DNA from: Mobula birostris | Lineage: Eukaryota | DNA length: 64,000 nt | Reading direction: 5' to 3' | Assembly: GCF_030028105.1 (NCBI RefSeq) | Contig: NC_092383.1 | Location: 87,997,921-88,061,920 of the forward strand | Shown here: positions 48,705 through 61,400 of the stretch, in pieces | Position numbering within the stretch: position 1 is the first letter of the stretch | How the letters are laid out: each line of letters opens with the position of its first letter | Notes under the pieces: generated by a model | The model's input: the letters and a program-made list of their open reading frames with translations, nothing else | Database searches by the model: none | Told to the model about the DNA's origin: nothing | Program-made: the position numbers and the translations under genes

Positions 48705-51700
48705 TGTAACCCTCTCAATGGGGCTTGCGCACCAACTTGGATCTTTATCTAACTCTGCTAACAGCCACGTGACTCATTGATGAGGAGGCTGCCTTTCATA
48801 AGCAATATACGTCTCAGGTCAGGCTGATTTGGCATTCAACCAAACACAAATGTTGCAATCTTCCAATTAAAGAAACCTCAATTTGAGCAAAAGCTGTGTA
48901 AGTACAGCCCATACACAATTATCGGTAGCCCAGAAATAACAGATCGTACAGCAGCATGAAATTATAAAGAAAGTATATTTACCAGATGTATAGTTGCAGA
49001 AAAAATGCTAAGATAAATAAAAGGGCCCATTACAGATAAACCAGTCCAATGTACACATAAATGCTAGAGCTCATTTCAGTAGTAGTCAGGGGGTGTATTG
49101 CTTTCCTCACGTGCTGGACCATGGTTTGTGTGAAACCATTTGCCACAGTCCGAATTTCCCTCAAAGACCAATTCAAAACAAACCAAATCTCTCAGGAGTA
49201 TTGGCCCTTACTCCTTCGAGCTATTCATCTGTACAAAGCACTTCTTCCAATGGGGACTCTCCTTCCGAAGGCACTTTGCAGCATCTTCCCTCCTGACCCT
49301 CTCCACAGCTCCAGCCCTAAAGGACCCCAAACCAGATTCAGAAATCTCTTCCCACACTGTTCTCTAGAACCTTCTTTACATCCCACAATCCTGATTGGCT
49401 GACACAACAATCCTATCTTGGAAAACATGGTTCCTTGCCTTTAGCTGAAGCTAAAATGCTCTTACCAGCAGCACACACTGCTCTTTCAAAATACTGCTAA
49501 AATAAGTTCCACTCAGCATAGCAGTAGAAATTTTAACTAGAGAATTACACTCTCCCCACCCCTCCCCCCATCACAAAAATAGTCACATTCTCATGACTTT
49601 GGAACTTATTGAACCGTTATTAATGTAACCGGGTAATCGTCGGATCTTATTCAGTATTGTTAAAAGTGTACTTAGGTATCCATCCGGGTAATGCTAGAAT
49701 ATTTGTCTGTGCCTTTAAGGGAGACAGAGATGTTATTACACACGCGGGGGATAATGGGGAGACCATTTTGCTTTCTGCTGAAGATGTGGTCGGATGTTGG
49801 AATTGGGTTCCTCTGAGGCTGGGCGTAGTGAGGAAAGGTGAGCATTAATTGACAATATCCATGTGAATTCGTTTATGCTTGTTGGCAGATCAAGAATACT
49901 GGTAGTTTGACATGTTTTACATGTGGATGCTTTAGATTTTCTCGAGTAAGTGACTCAAGGCTGGATTGCGTGGCTTGGGCGAAGTTCCTCACCAGCCAAG
50001 TAGGTCAATCTCCCTGTAATTACCAGGCAATACCTTGTAAAAGTTGTGCCAAAGTGTACCTTTTGTCTAACTTTATTGAATCAGGACTGATTGTGCATGC
50101 AACCGCGCAACGTGAATGTTTAGTCTCTGTTCGGAGATCAGCACGTGTGTACGTCTTGGATGAGATGTATTCGCTTACATTTTTTTGCTGTTATGTATAA
50201 GATGCAGGGTGAGTGGGATTCTAATGTTGTTTGTGTTATGTTCCTTCAGGATTGCCTCTACCGTATTAGTACTGGTATTTTTATACTGCATATGCAATTC
50301 TGTCCATACACAAGGGTGTGAATCGAAAGTTAAACTGAGACTGTAATGGCAAGAACTCATTCGTTCATTTTGTTTCGCGACCCTCTTCTGGCACTTAAAC
50401 ATCTAAACCAGATAAAGGAATTAAAACCCAAAAACATCTTTGTTGTCCTGAGTGTGTGCTTTTCCCCAGGCTACAAAATCTGGTACCAGGAGTGGGGTTA
50501 ATTCCAAGCCAGTTTAGAGAGTCTCCGATTGTTGTATGCAGTACAATATACAATACCTAATACAGCAGTGATGAAGACAGGACCGAGTTCCCATCGGGCG
50601 GAAGGAGAGAGCGCCTGTTGCTCGTGCAGAGCGGGGCGGGGTCTCGGGAACGGGCCGGGACGTCAGCGACTGACGTCAGGACGCAGAGCGGTGACGTGCA
50701 CCCCGGGAACTGCGGGCCGTGGAGCCATCGCGTTTGCAGCGAAGGACAGCAGCAGCTCCCCTTTGCAGGCTTGTTGTGTGAACTGTAAAGGTTTGCGGTT
50801 TTACTATGTCACACTCAGAGGACACACCAGTTGAACTTGATTTGAATGAGCAAATTACGGAATTGCGTACTAGGTTTGATGAAGCCATGGCAACCATTGA
50901 TAAATTAAGCAAAAGGTCCTATGTATATGTCCCAAGAGAATGACATATTGTTCCATTTACGGGGGATGTTGAGAAAGATGGGAGGTCTGTTGATGACTTC
51001 ATTGAAGAAGTCTGTTGATGACTTCATTGAAGAAGTACAATGTGCACTTCATAGTAGAGGTCAGTCTGACCATGATCATTATGACCTTGTTATGTCCATG
51101 CTCAGGGGTGCAGCCTTACAGGAAGCACGTATGCGCAGTGATGCTGGGGAAGACCGCGCTAATGACTTGTTCACCCGTCTCAGGGAAGCTTTTAGAGACA
51201 AGCGTCGTACACCCCAGCTGTGGCATAGCTTCTACGGTCGCAAACAGCTTGAGCGTGAAGATGTAAGAGAGTTTTCACATGCCCTAGCCCAAGCTCTTAA
51301 CTTGATACTGAAGCACTTCCCCGATGCCGTGACCGATAAGAAGGTGGTGCTAAGAGATCAATTTATAGAGGGGATTAGGGATCCTTCCCTCAGAAGGGAG
51401 CTCCACAGATTCGTGCGGGGCCACCCTGAGTCCTCAATGATAGAAGTGAGAGAGGAGGCTCGTCTGTGGCTCGTAGAAGAACCCCTGGGAAATACAAGGT
51501 CTGGAAAGTCAGAAGTGTAGCAATGGCCAGGCACAGTGCTTGATTCTTAAAGCTCGGTAATCTAAGTCTGTCACACTAGATGACGTCCTTAAAGTGGTCG
51601 CAGAACAGGGCAAAGCCCTTTGTGAATTGACTTAAGCAGTGAAAGATCTCACTGTACTGAGGGCTTTTACAGGCACTACTGGGGCTGCTGAACATATTCA

Positions 51701-54700
51701 ACCTCCGTTGGTGCTAAACAGTGAGACCTCTCTTGGAATGGGGTGTCCTCCGTCACTATAACAGTGTGGTGAGTACACTTGGAGCAACCACCACCAAACT
51801 CATGAGTAGATAAAACAACTTTGAGCTTCAGCATTCTCTCAGATATTCTCCTTTTCCATTCCTCGGGTACTGGGAAGTCACCAAAGTTGAATGACTTTGC
51901 TGCTAACTTTCCCAAAGCAGAAGAATGTTTCTCTACTGGTTTTCTCACTGGAAAACTAGACAATCCCATTGCAGGGAAAAGATGCCTCTCATCCTGTTTG
52001 CATAGACAGCCGAAGGTCTCTGCAGTTCACGTCTCACTAGCACTCCAGCAGGTGAGCGTGACTCTTCTTCGTGATCCTCTACAGCATCCATCAGGAGAGT
52101 CTCACGTCAGGCATTCCGGGGAACTTGGGGTTTCCAGTTGCTCCAGCTAGCTCTTCAGGACGTAACATGCCAGGTTTGGACTGGGTTTATGACACAGTTA
52201 CTCATTCATGCTCATCATTCCGCTTAGGAGGAAATTGCACTTTATCAAAAGCAGCTCTGAACACAGGGTGAATGGACACGGTTTTCAAAAAATTCTGTCC
52301 ATCTGTCTTTCTGCACGCTCCCATGAGCCTTCTCACAATTGGAGTAATTGTTCCCACAACAATGGAAACTTCCCCTTTATTAACCAGATCCTGGCAGACT
52401 GACACAGGGATATCAAAAGCCTCAGTTACTCCAACACCTGCTTCTGAAAATTGAACTTTCAATGATAAGTAACCATCATTCAGGTAATCATCAGTACTAA
52501 GCCCCAAAATCTCAACGGAACTGAGTGGTGTCAATGGTAATTGCATCAAATACTGCTTGTTGAAGGATCTCTAAAGTGATGTAATTTGAGAACCAGTGTC
52601 CAGTATGGCTCTAACATAAATACTTTTGATCTATATGGATACATCAGAGCTTGATCCCACTAAATCATCGGGAACAGTGTTTTGTGCTTTAATATTTGCC
52701 TTGATACACTGATTGGAATGTATTCTCTCTGAGGTGCCAGCACATTCCTTTACTGGGTCCCTCTGTAGTTTCGTCCCTCTTTGATTAACTGCTGCTGACT
52801 TACTCTTCGAAGATTTTCCCATCACTCACAGTCTCGCTTGAAATATCCACCTTCTCCACTGCTGTAACAGAAAAGTCCAGTTGCCTCTCCAGTCAAAGGC
52901 CCTTTTCAGCAGCATTCCTCTGCTTCACACATCCTACAGGTTTGTCGCAACAGACGCGTCACATTTAGCTGACACATTAGCAGGCATCCATTGAGTCAGC
53001 TCAGCTTGAAGAGTTTTCACCTCATTCCTCAAAAGCTCTACCTTTGTGGCATCTGGGGCCCTTTTAACAGCAGAGGCTACCACTGAAGACACTACTCTGC
53101 TTTTGGAAATACTCCACTTCTCAACCACGTTTTCCTCCACTCTAACTTCTCTGTGTAACTCAGTAAAAGACGGAGGAGGGTTCAGCTTTTGAGTTATTGG
53201 AACACATAAAGCGATCATGTCATGTGACTGCATGCCCTCCTCAACTTGCTCCACCCTTGAGCAATCTCCTACAGGCAGTACAATGCCCCCTTTCTGGCAC
53301 AAACACGGCCACAGTTTATCCAACCTGAAAAGGTAGGCAGACAACAACTCCCCTTCCTCCTGGAAGTTCATCCTAAGATCATCTGCACTTTCAGCTGTGC
53401 CAAAAGCATCTTCCAGATCTTGCAGGGAATTAGATGAAGTGGCTAATGGGTTTTCTGCCTTTAGGAAACTTCACTATATCACCCACCGGAACCTTTAAAC
53501 TCTCTACTAATCTGAAACTAAACTATCTGAGCACTGCCATAAAACCAGTCACTGAGATCTGCTCAGCCCAAGCCTCATGGTCGTCTTTCCCATGGGGTGT
53601 GGGCTTAACTCCAGAGAACATTCTAAGCCTACGATAACTTTTGCTCTCCACAAGTACACTTTGGCATTCATCAACCAGTGCTGTAACAGGCAAAACCAAC
53701 TCAGAGCTTAAATCAACTGCTGGAGAACTTGATAGACTTCTCACATCAGCCAACTCCTTTCACTCACTTCACAGAGCGAGAACAACTTATCCTTAAAGTC
53801 TTCACCCTCAGCTACATTCCCACCTTCTCTAAAACTATGGACTGCCCATGGCCCCACCCCTCCAGGTGTCCCTATCCTATTGGAAAGCTCAACATCAGTC
53901 ATGTCACTGGTAGCCTGGTCTATCATGATATCCTTACCAGCTGATTGGACAAAATGCCATTCAATCGGCGTAACTTTTCCAAGTACTTTTACAGAACTCA
54001 GCACCCTCAGTAGCAGTTCATTTGGAATTTGAATATATATGCCACTCAGAATACAAGCATTACTTATGGATAACCTCTTCAAATCGCAGCAAATCTTAAT
54101 CCCCAGAACAGCCATATTAAAGTAACTTAATTACGACACACGTCACTTCCCCCAACACCAGCTTAAATACACAAATGAACCGCTTAATCTATCCTAAAAC
54201 AGCATTCACACAGTGTCCGACATCTGGGACGAGCACCCCACAAATGTAACCCTCTCACTGGGGCTCGTGCACCAACTTGGCATGTTATCTAATTCTGCTA
54301 ACAGCCACATCCTGATATCACATTCTTCTAACAGGCTCCCGAGTTCGAATCCAAGTCGGGCCAGCCCCCAAGCGGGCTTTCCATCCATGCCGGGTTGAAC
54401 GTCAAGCTAGCCACTCGGCCTCATAAAAAAAAAAAAAAGGTCGAGACAGGAATGCTCATATCGTAACCCAGTTAATGTGAAAGGAGACCAATCCTGACAC
54501 CACGCGCCAGACAAGAACGGCTGACTGTCTGGTGTAACATGCTAAAAAAAAAACAGCCACATGACTCAGCGGTGAGAAGTCTGCCTTTCGTAAGCAATAT
54601 ACGTCTAGGGTCTGTATGATTTGGTGTTCAACCAAACAGGACCGCTGGGATGTTCCAATTAAAGGAACACCAATTTGAATGAATGAGTGTATAAATACTG

Positions 54701-55302
54701 CTCATACCCAGAAATAACAGATCGTACACCAGCATGAAATTATAAAGAAAGTATATTTACCAAATTTACAGTTTAAAAAAAAGAAAAAGGCTCATTACAG
54801 TTAAACCAGTCCAATGTTCACATTAACATTGGAACTCATTTCTGGAGTAGTCGAGGGTGTATCACTTCACTCGCGCTGGACCAACAGGCTTCGTGAAAGC
54901 AACTGCCATCGTCCATATTTCCCTCAAAGACCATCTCAAATGAACTGGCTCTCTTATGAGTATTGGCCTTTTCCCTTTGGAGCCATTCATCTGCGCAAAG
55001 CACTTCTTGCAACGGGGAGGAATGCTTCCAACAGCTTTCTGAGGCATCTTCCCTTCTGTGCCGCTTTGTAGTTCCCACCCTGATGGACCCCAAACAAGAC
55101 TACTGTCCTTCAGAAATCGCTTTCTGCTCAGCTCTCTAGAACCTTCACTAAATCCCGCAATCCTGATTGGTTGATACAACATTTCTAAATTGGACAACAT
55201 TGCTCCTTATCTTTAGCCAAAGCCAAAACACTTAACCAGAAGGACACAATCTTACCAGCTTTTTAGAAAACTGCTAAAGTAAGTTACCTCAGCAGTAGAA
55301 AT
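48705..55302 (-). mobile_element. Ty3/Gypsy LTR retrotransposon with PNMA-like gag; 5' LTR 54245-55302, 3' LTR 48705-49549, most of pol deleted
   Basis: TGTAAC...TTACA LTR with a polypurine tract (ctctccccaccctccccc on +) at 49550. A degenerate tRNA-Pro PBS (TGGGGTGCTCGTCCCAGAT, minus strand) lies next to the right LTR. Gag has YRRLRMFSG...HEAWAEQ, protease has ILDTGSQ at ~52590, and the RT start ends at ~51680. Confidence 0.85.
49624..51675 (+). mobile_element. 5' half of a second Gypsy element nested antisense in the first (LTR 49624-50475, PBS 50481-50498, gag from 50806)
   Basis: TGTAAC...CTACA LTR and PBS TGGTACCAGGAGTGGGGT, complementary to the vertebrate tRNA-Leu(UAA) 3' end. Gag has LRDQFIEGIRDPSLRREL, an in-frame TGA and a 25-bp tandem duplication that shifts the frame. 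Confidence 0.85.
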
Positions 55303-55431
55303 CATGGCTAATCCTTTATTCCCCTCCTCAGCCCCAATACCCAGCCTTCTTCCCAAAACCTTTGATGCCATGTCCATTCACCTTTCAAGCTCTACCTTAA
55401 TTACACCCAACAACCTGGCCTCCACAGCTGC

Positions 55432-58400
55432 CTGTGGTAATAAATTCCACAAATACACCATCAAAAATTTCTCCACATTTTTGTTTTAAATAGATGCGCC
55501 TCTATCCTGAGGAAGTACCCTCTATTCCTAGGCTCCCCCACCATGGGAAACATCCCATCCATATCTACTGTCTAGGCCTTTCAACATTCGAAAGGTTCCA
55601 ATCAGATTTCCCCTCATCCTTCTAAATCCGAGCAAGTACAGACCCACAGCTATCAAACATTCCTTGTATGATAACCCTTTCATTCCCAGAATCATTCTTG
55701 TGAATCTCCTCTGAACCACCTCCAATGCCAGCACATCCTTTTGTAGATGAGGAGCCCAAAACTGTTCACAATACTCAAAGTGAGGATTCACCAGTGCCTT
55801 ATAAAGCCACAGCATCACATTCCTTCTCTTGTATTCTAGACCTCTTGAAATGAATGCTAACATTGCATTTGCCTTCCTCACCACCAACTCAACCTTTAGG
55901 TTGTTCTGCACAAGGACTCCAAAGTCCCTTTGCATCTCAGATTTTTGGATTTTCTCCCCATTTAGAAAATAGTCTGCATATTTATTTCTTCCAGCAAAGT
56001 GTGTGACCATGCATTTTCCAACATTGTATTTCATTTCCCACTCTCTTGCCCATTCTCCTAATCTGTCTAGTCCTTCTGTAGCCTATCTACTTCCTCAACA
56101 CTACCTGCCCCTACGCCAGTCTTCGTATCACCTGCAATCTTGGCAAAAAGCCACCTATTCCATCATCTAAATCATTGATATACTGCATAGAAAGCAGTGC
56201 CAACAGCAACCCCTGCTGAACATCACTAGTCTTAGGCAGCCAACCAGAAAAGGATCCTTTTATTCCCATTCGCTGCAATCTCTTATCAATCAGTCACAAC
56301 ACCATACCTGACAATCTACAACAGTGCAACAAGATCATCTACCTGATTTGTTACATTTTTTTCTCTCTGGAGCCTTGCATTTTAGGCTCTGCCTGTGTAT
56401 ACAGCGAGGAAGAGGACAGGCAAGTGATCCAATTTACTAAAATGCAGTCTGGGCAAGAAACAGCAGGCATTCATTAACATACTGCAGCAGCGGTCCAGAA
56501 TGTAGGGACCTCTAGTGCTACAGATTATATGGTGGCGGTAACTGAGCAGGGTATTCTTCAAACAGGGCTGGTTGAAGTCTCCAGCTACAATTGGAAATGT
56601 GTCAGGATGGGCTGCTTCTTGTCTGCAGACACATGCAGTGTTGTGAATGCTTGCTTATCGTCGGCCACCGGTGGTGCATGAGCTGCTGTCAGGATCACAG
56701 ATGATAACTTCCAAAGCAAATACAGGTGTCCCCCGCTTTTTGAATATTCGCTTTACAAAACCTCACTGTTACGAAAGACCTACATTAGTACCCTATTTTC
56801 ACTTTCAGAAGGTGTTTTCACTGTTACGAAGAAAGGCAGTGCGCGATAAAGGGCAGCACACACCCCGAGCAGACGCTCTGCCCTGGATTTGGAATGACAT
56901 TGCTTAAACACGTTGCATTGAGCAGCTATTAGCAAGATGAGTTCTAAGGTGTCAGAAAAGCCTGAAAGAGCTCATAAGGGTGTTACACTTAGCATAAAGC
57001 TAGAAATAATTAAGCGTTTCAATCGTGGTGAACGAAGCAAGGACAAAGTGAGTTTGGCTTGTGGAAGTTGACGAAGATGATGTTGAAGAGGTTTTGGCAT
57101 CCCATGACCAAGAACTGATAGATGAAGAGCTGATGCAATTGGAAGAGGAAAGGAAAGGATAACAATCAAAACCGAATGCAGAAAGTGAAGCAATTGTGTG
57201 AGATTTTTGCCGCAATGATAAAGTACGACTTTAATTTTGAAAGGGTACGTAGGTTTGGGGGATATTTGCAGGATGGGTTGAGTGCTTACAAACAACTGTA
57301 TGATAGAAAAATGCTCGAGGCTCAGCAGTCAAGCAAGCCTTCCACAGCAGACGACAAACCTCAACCTTTGACATCGAGGCGGGCAGTCATAGGAGATGAT
57401 GAGCCGCCTGCCCTGATCGACGATAAGATGACACCCCCCCCGTCCCACCACCCCAACACCCGGGCCCCGGACAGATACTGTACCGATTCGCGAAGAAGCC
57501 AACGGTGGCAGGAGGCACACAGCACATCTTTAAGAAAAAAGCCGAAATAGACATGCTAGTTAATTAGGTGCTGCCGACTCGTAATTGTCGGCCCAGATCA
57601 GAGGCGATGCAATCGGCAATCGCCTCTGATCCGCGCTGACATTTACGGGCCGGGTAGCACCTAATTAATTAGCATGTTTATTTCGGCTTTTTTCTTAAAG
57701 ATGTGCTGTGTGCCTCCTGGCTACCACTGGACCCCTGCGTGCTTCACGGCAATGTATCTGGTCGGCAGCCCGGAGGGTGGGGGCCACTGCACCACCCAGC
57801 CTGCAACGACTCAGTCTAACACACCATCATCAGTGTGCTTGGCGCTGTTTTCCCAATTCCAATACTACACTATACATACATTATTTCTACTTTATATAGG
57901 CTGTGTATTTTTACGTGTTACTTGGTAGATTTGGCAGCTTCATAGTTTAAAGGTTACTGGAGAATACGTTTATGCCAACAGAGCTTGCGTGAGATTTTCG
58001 CTACGGAGATCTGTGCAGGCAATCGTTGCAGAGAAGTATTTCTACTTTATATAGGCTGTATCATATCGTTCCTGCTTTTACAATATGTTACTGTTATTTT
58101 AGGTTTTATGTGTTATTTGGCATGATTTGGTAGGTTATTTTTGGGTCTGCGAACGCTCTCAAAATTTTCCCATATAAATAAATGGTAATTGCTTCTTCAC
58201 TTTACGACATTTCAGCTAACAAACCGTTTCATCGGAACGCTCTACCTTCAGATGGCGGGGGAAACCTATAGGTTGCTCTGCAATTGGTCTTCAGGTGTTC
58301 CAAGACGAGAATACACTTGTTCGACAGAATCGCCACGTCAGAGCACTGACAAGAACTGACCATCAAACGCACGCCTCCACCCTTTGCCTTACGTAAGTCC

Positions 58401-61400
58401 ACACTTCGGTCCATTCTGTAAATCGTAAATCCTCTGGCCTGACTGCTGCAGCTGGCCTGTCCGAGTTACGATACAACAAACAATTGAGATTTTTCTCATC
58501 TCAGCAGTCTTGTCCTCAGATCCTCCAGTTTTGTTCTCCAGCAACCACACATTGTCAGCAAGATCCTCACTGTTGCCTTCCACTTCTCTGTCTGCACTGC
58601 ACTTTCTCTGGAACTGTAATGAGTTATTCTGCAAAATGATAAAGCGTTTCATTCCCTCAATGCAATGCATGAATGAAATGACCTGTGCAGATGGAATGCA
58701 AAAGAAAGTCTTTTTTTCACAATGCCTCGGTACATGTGACAATAACAAAACTAATTTCAGCATCGAATCTTATCCAAACGTAACTCCAGATCTGCAACAA
58801 TGTGCATGGCCCTTTCAATCTGTCCTTCACGATGCCACAGGTAGTTTTATAATCACCACCACATAGAAACATAGAAAACCTACAGCACAATACAGGCTCT
58901 TCGGCCCACAATGCTGTGCCGAACATGTACATACTTTAGAAATTACCTAGGGATACCCATAGCCCTCTATTTTTCTTGCACAACTGCCAGAGGACTACAC
59001 AAAATATCCAAAATACCAGCTGCACAAGCATCAATTTTATGTGTTTAGCACCTAAAAGCTTTCTTCCACTTTAATAGAGGTGAATATGGAAAATAAATTT
59101 TGAATAATGAATTGAAAAATTATGTTTGCAGTTCAAGCCTCTGAGTTAGTTCCTGTTGTGTGCAGCATCCTTTCTCTGTGAATGTGCTGACTTTCAGATG
59201 AACAGTCAAGCATCAGTCAGCAACAGTTAATGTGCTCAAAATGGAACGTGGTTAACATGACCACAGCAAGCTGTGAAGCAGGGTGTATGTCAATGCCTTG
59301 TATTCTATGCTGTGTTGCAAGGATATTTGTTAATTTGTGAGGAAGTGAGAGACCCAGCCCAGGAGATAGAAGCTTGAGGTCTATGAGCCAGTCTCAATAG
59401 AACAGAAATAGAGAGGGCCTGGAGTTTTAAATTCTTTGGTGTCAACAAGGGCACCAAGTGAAGAGTGACACTCTAGCGTGAAGGGCAGCACGATAACAAA
59501 ACCATAAGACTAATTTCAGCATCTAAAACCATAAGGGCAGGATTAAGCCATTTGGCCCATCAAGATTGCTCTCCCATTTCATCATGGCTGATCCATTATT
59601 CCTCTCAGCCTCAATCTCCTGCCTTCTCCCTATATTTCTTCATGCCCTGACCTATCAAGAATCTATCAACCTCTACCTGTGGCAACAATTCCACAGATTC
59701 ACCACCCTCTGGCTAAAGAATTTCCTGCTCATCCTCATTCTAAATGAACACCCCTCTATTCTAAGGCTGTAACTTCTGGTCTTAGATGCTCCTAGTGTAG
59801 GAAACATCCTCTTCACATCAACTCTGTCGAGGCCTTTAAATATTCGATAGAGTTCAATTAGGTCACCCCTCATTCTTCTGAATTCCAGTGAATACGGGCC
59901 CTGAGCCATCAAACACTCTTCATATGAATTGAGTTCACTTTATTTCTTACTTCCTTCACATACATGAGGAGTAAAAATCTTTACCTTATAGCAAGCTGGT
60001 CAATCCTGGAATCATTTTCGTGAACCACCTTAGAACCCTCTACAATTTCAGCACATCCTTTTGAGGATAAGGGGCTCACATTACGCCAAGTGAGGCCTCA
60101 CCAGTGCTTTATAAAGTCTCAACATTACATCCTTGCTTTTATATTCCAGTCCTCTTGACATGAATGTTGACATTGCATGTAGCAATTTGTGTAACACTGT
60201 ATGATGCCAGTGATCTGCTTTCAATTCCTGCCGCTGTCAGTAAGGAGTTTATATGTTTTCCCCATGACCACTTGGGTTTCCTCTGGGTGCTCCAGCTTCC
60301 TCCCACAGTTCATAGATGTACGAGTTAGGGCTTGTAAATTGTGGGCACGCAATGTTGGTGCCGGATATATGGTGTGACCTCCAGGCTGCCCCCAGCACAT
60401 CCTTGGACTGCGGTAGGAATGGGCGACCAGTACAAATTGGTGATGCTCTCTTCAGAATCCAAAGACCCATCACTGGAATACTGAATTTCTCTTCAGTAAT
60501 GTTACTCACTGTGAATTCAAGTTTGTATATCCGTATACACGGATAGACAGCACGCAGCTACTAAATTATAAAGTGGTTGTTCTTCACTGAAAAGCAGTGA
60601 TGCAAAGCTGGTTGTAAGACAAAGGAGCAAGGACCTGATGGGAAACAATTAATTTTGTTTAAAATGATGAGTTTTAATGCATTATTAAAAGCTGATAATG
60701 ACAAGGAGATAAAGATTGGAATTCCAGATCAGTGTATGCCTACTTGATGCATACCTGACTATATAAGCTAGGTTCAAGTCGAGTTGGTGTATTTGCTACT
60801 AAAATATTTGCGTTAGTCTTAGCAAAATGCTGGATCAACTCAGCAGGTCAGGCAGCATCTATGGAGAAGAATAAAGAGACATTTCAGAACTACACCCTTC
60901 ATCAGGATTCATGAATGGTCTCGCCTGAAACATCCTTTATTCCTCTTCATAGATGCTGCCTAATCTGCTTTGTTCCTCTAACTTTTTGTGTGTGTTGTTC
61001 TGGATCTCCAGCATCTGAGACATCTTTTGTGTTTATGGGTTCGGATTAGGCTTGGTTGTACTTGATACGATCTGCATGATATGTGTCAGTGTGATGTCTT
61101 TTGTTTTTTGTCAGAACTGATATCGCACAGCCTATCAGGTTTGCCCTCCAATTTTCTTGAAATGCTTCCTGATCAGGTGAGTAAATATTTTCTTCTGAGT
61201 TTAGATGGAGATCAGACTGGCCATGGTTGAGTTCACTTGCAATTTTAATTCCCAGCAGAGTTCTACTCCATGAGAAGCCATCAATGAATGAAATGAAATG
61301 ATGAAGGAAGATTAAGATTTTTATTTCTATTGTGCCTTCCACATCCCTTTCAGAATGTTACTAAGATAGTTCACAGATAAAATACTTTTGATGTGTTGTC

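Noticed and set aside
50806-54115. Possible domesticated PNMA/gag-derived host genes
   Set aside because: Both gags have stops or frameshifts and sit in recognisable LTR, PBS and PPT context, so they are decayed retrotransposons.
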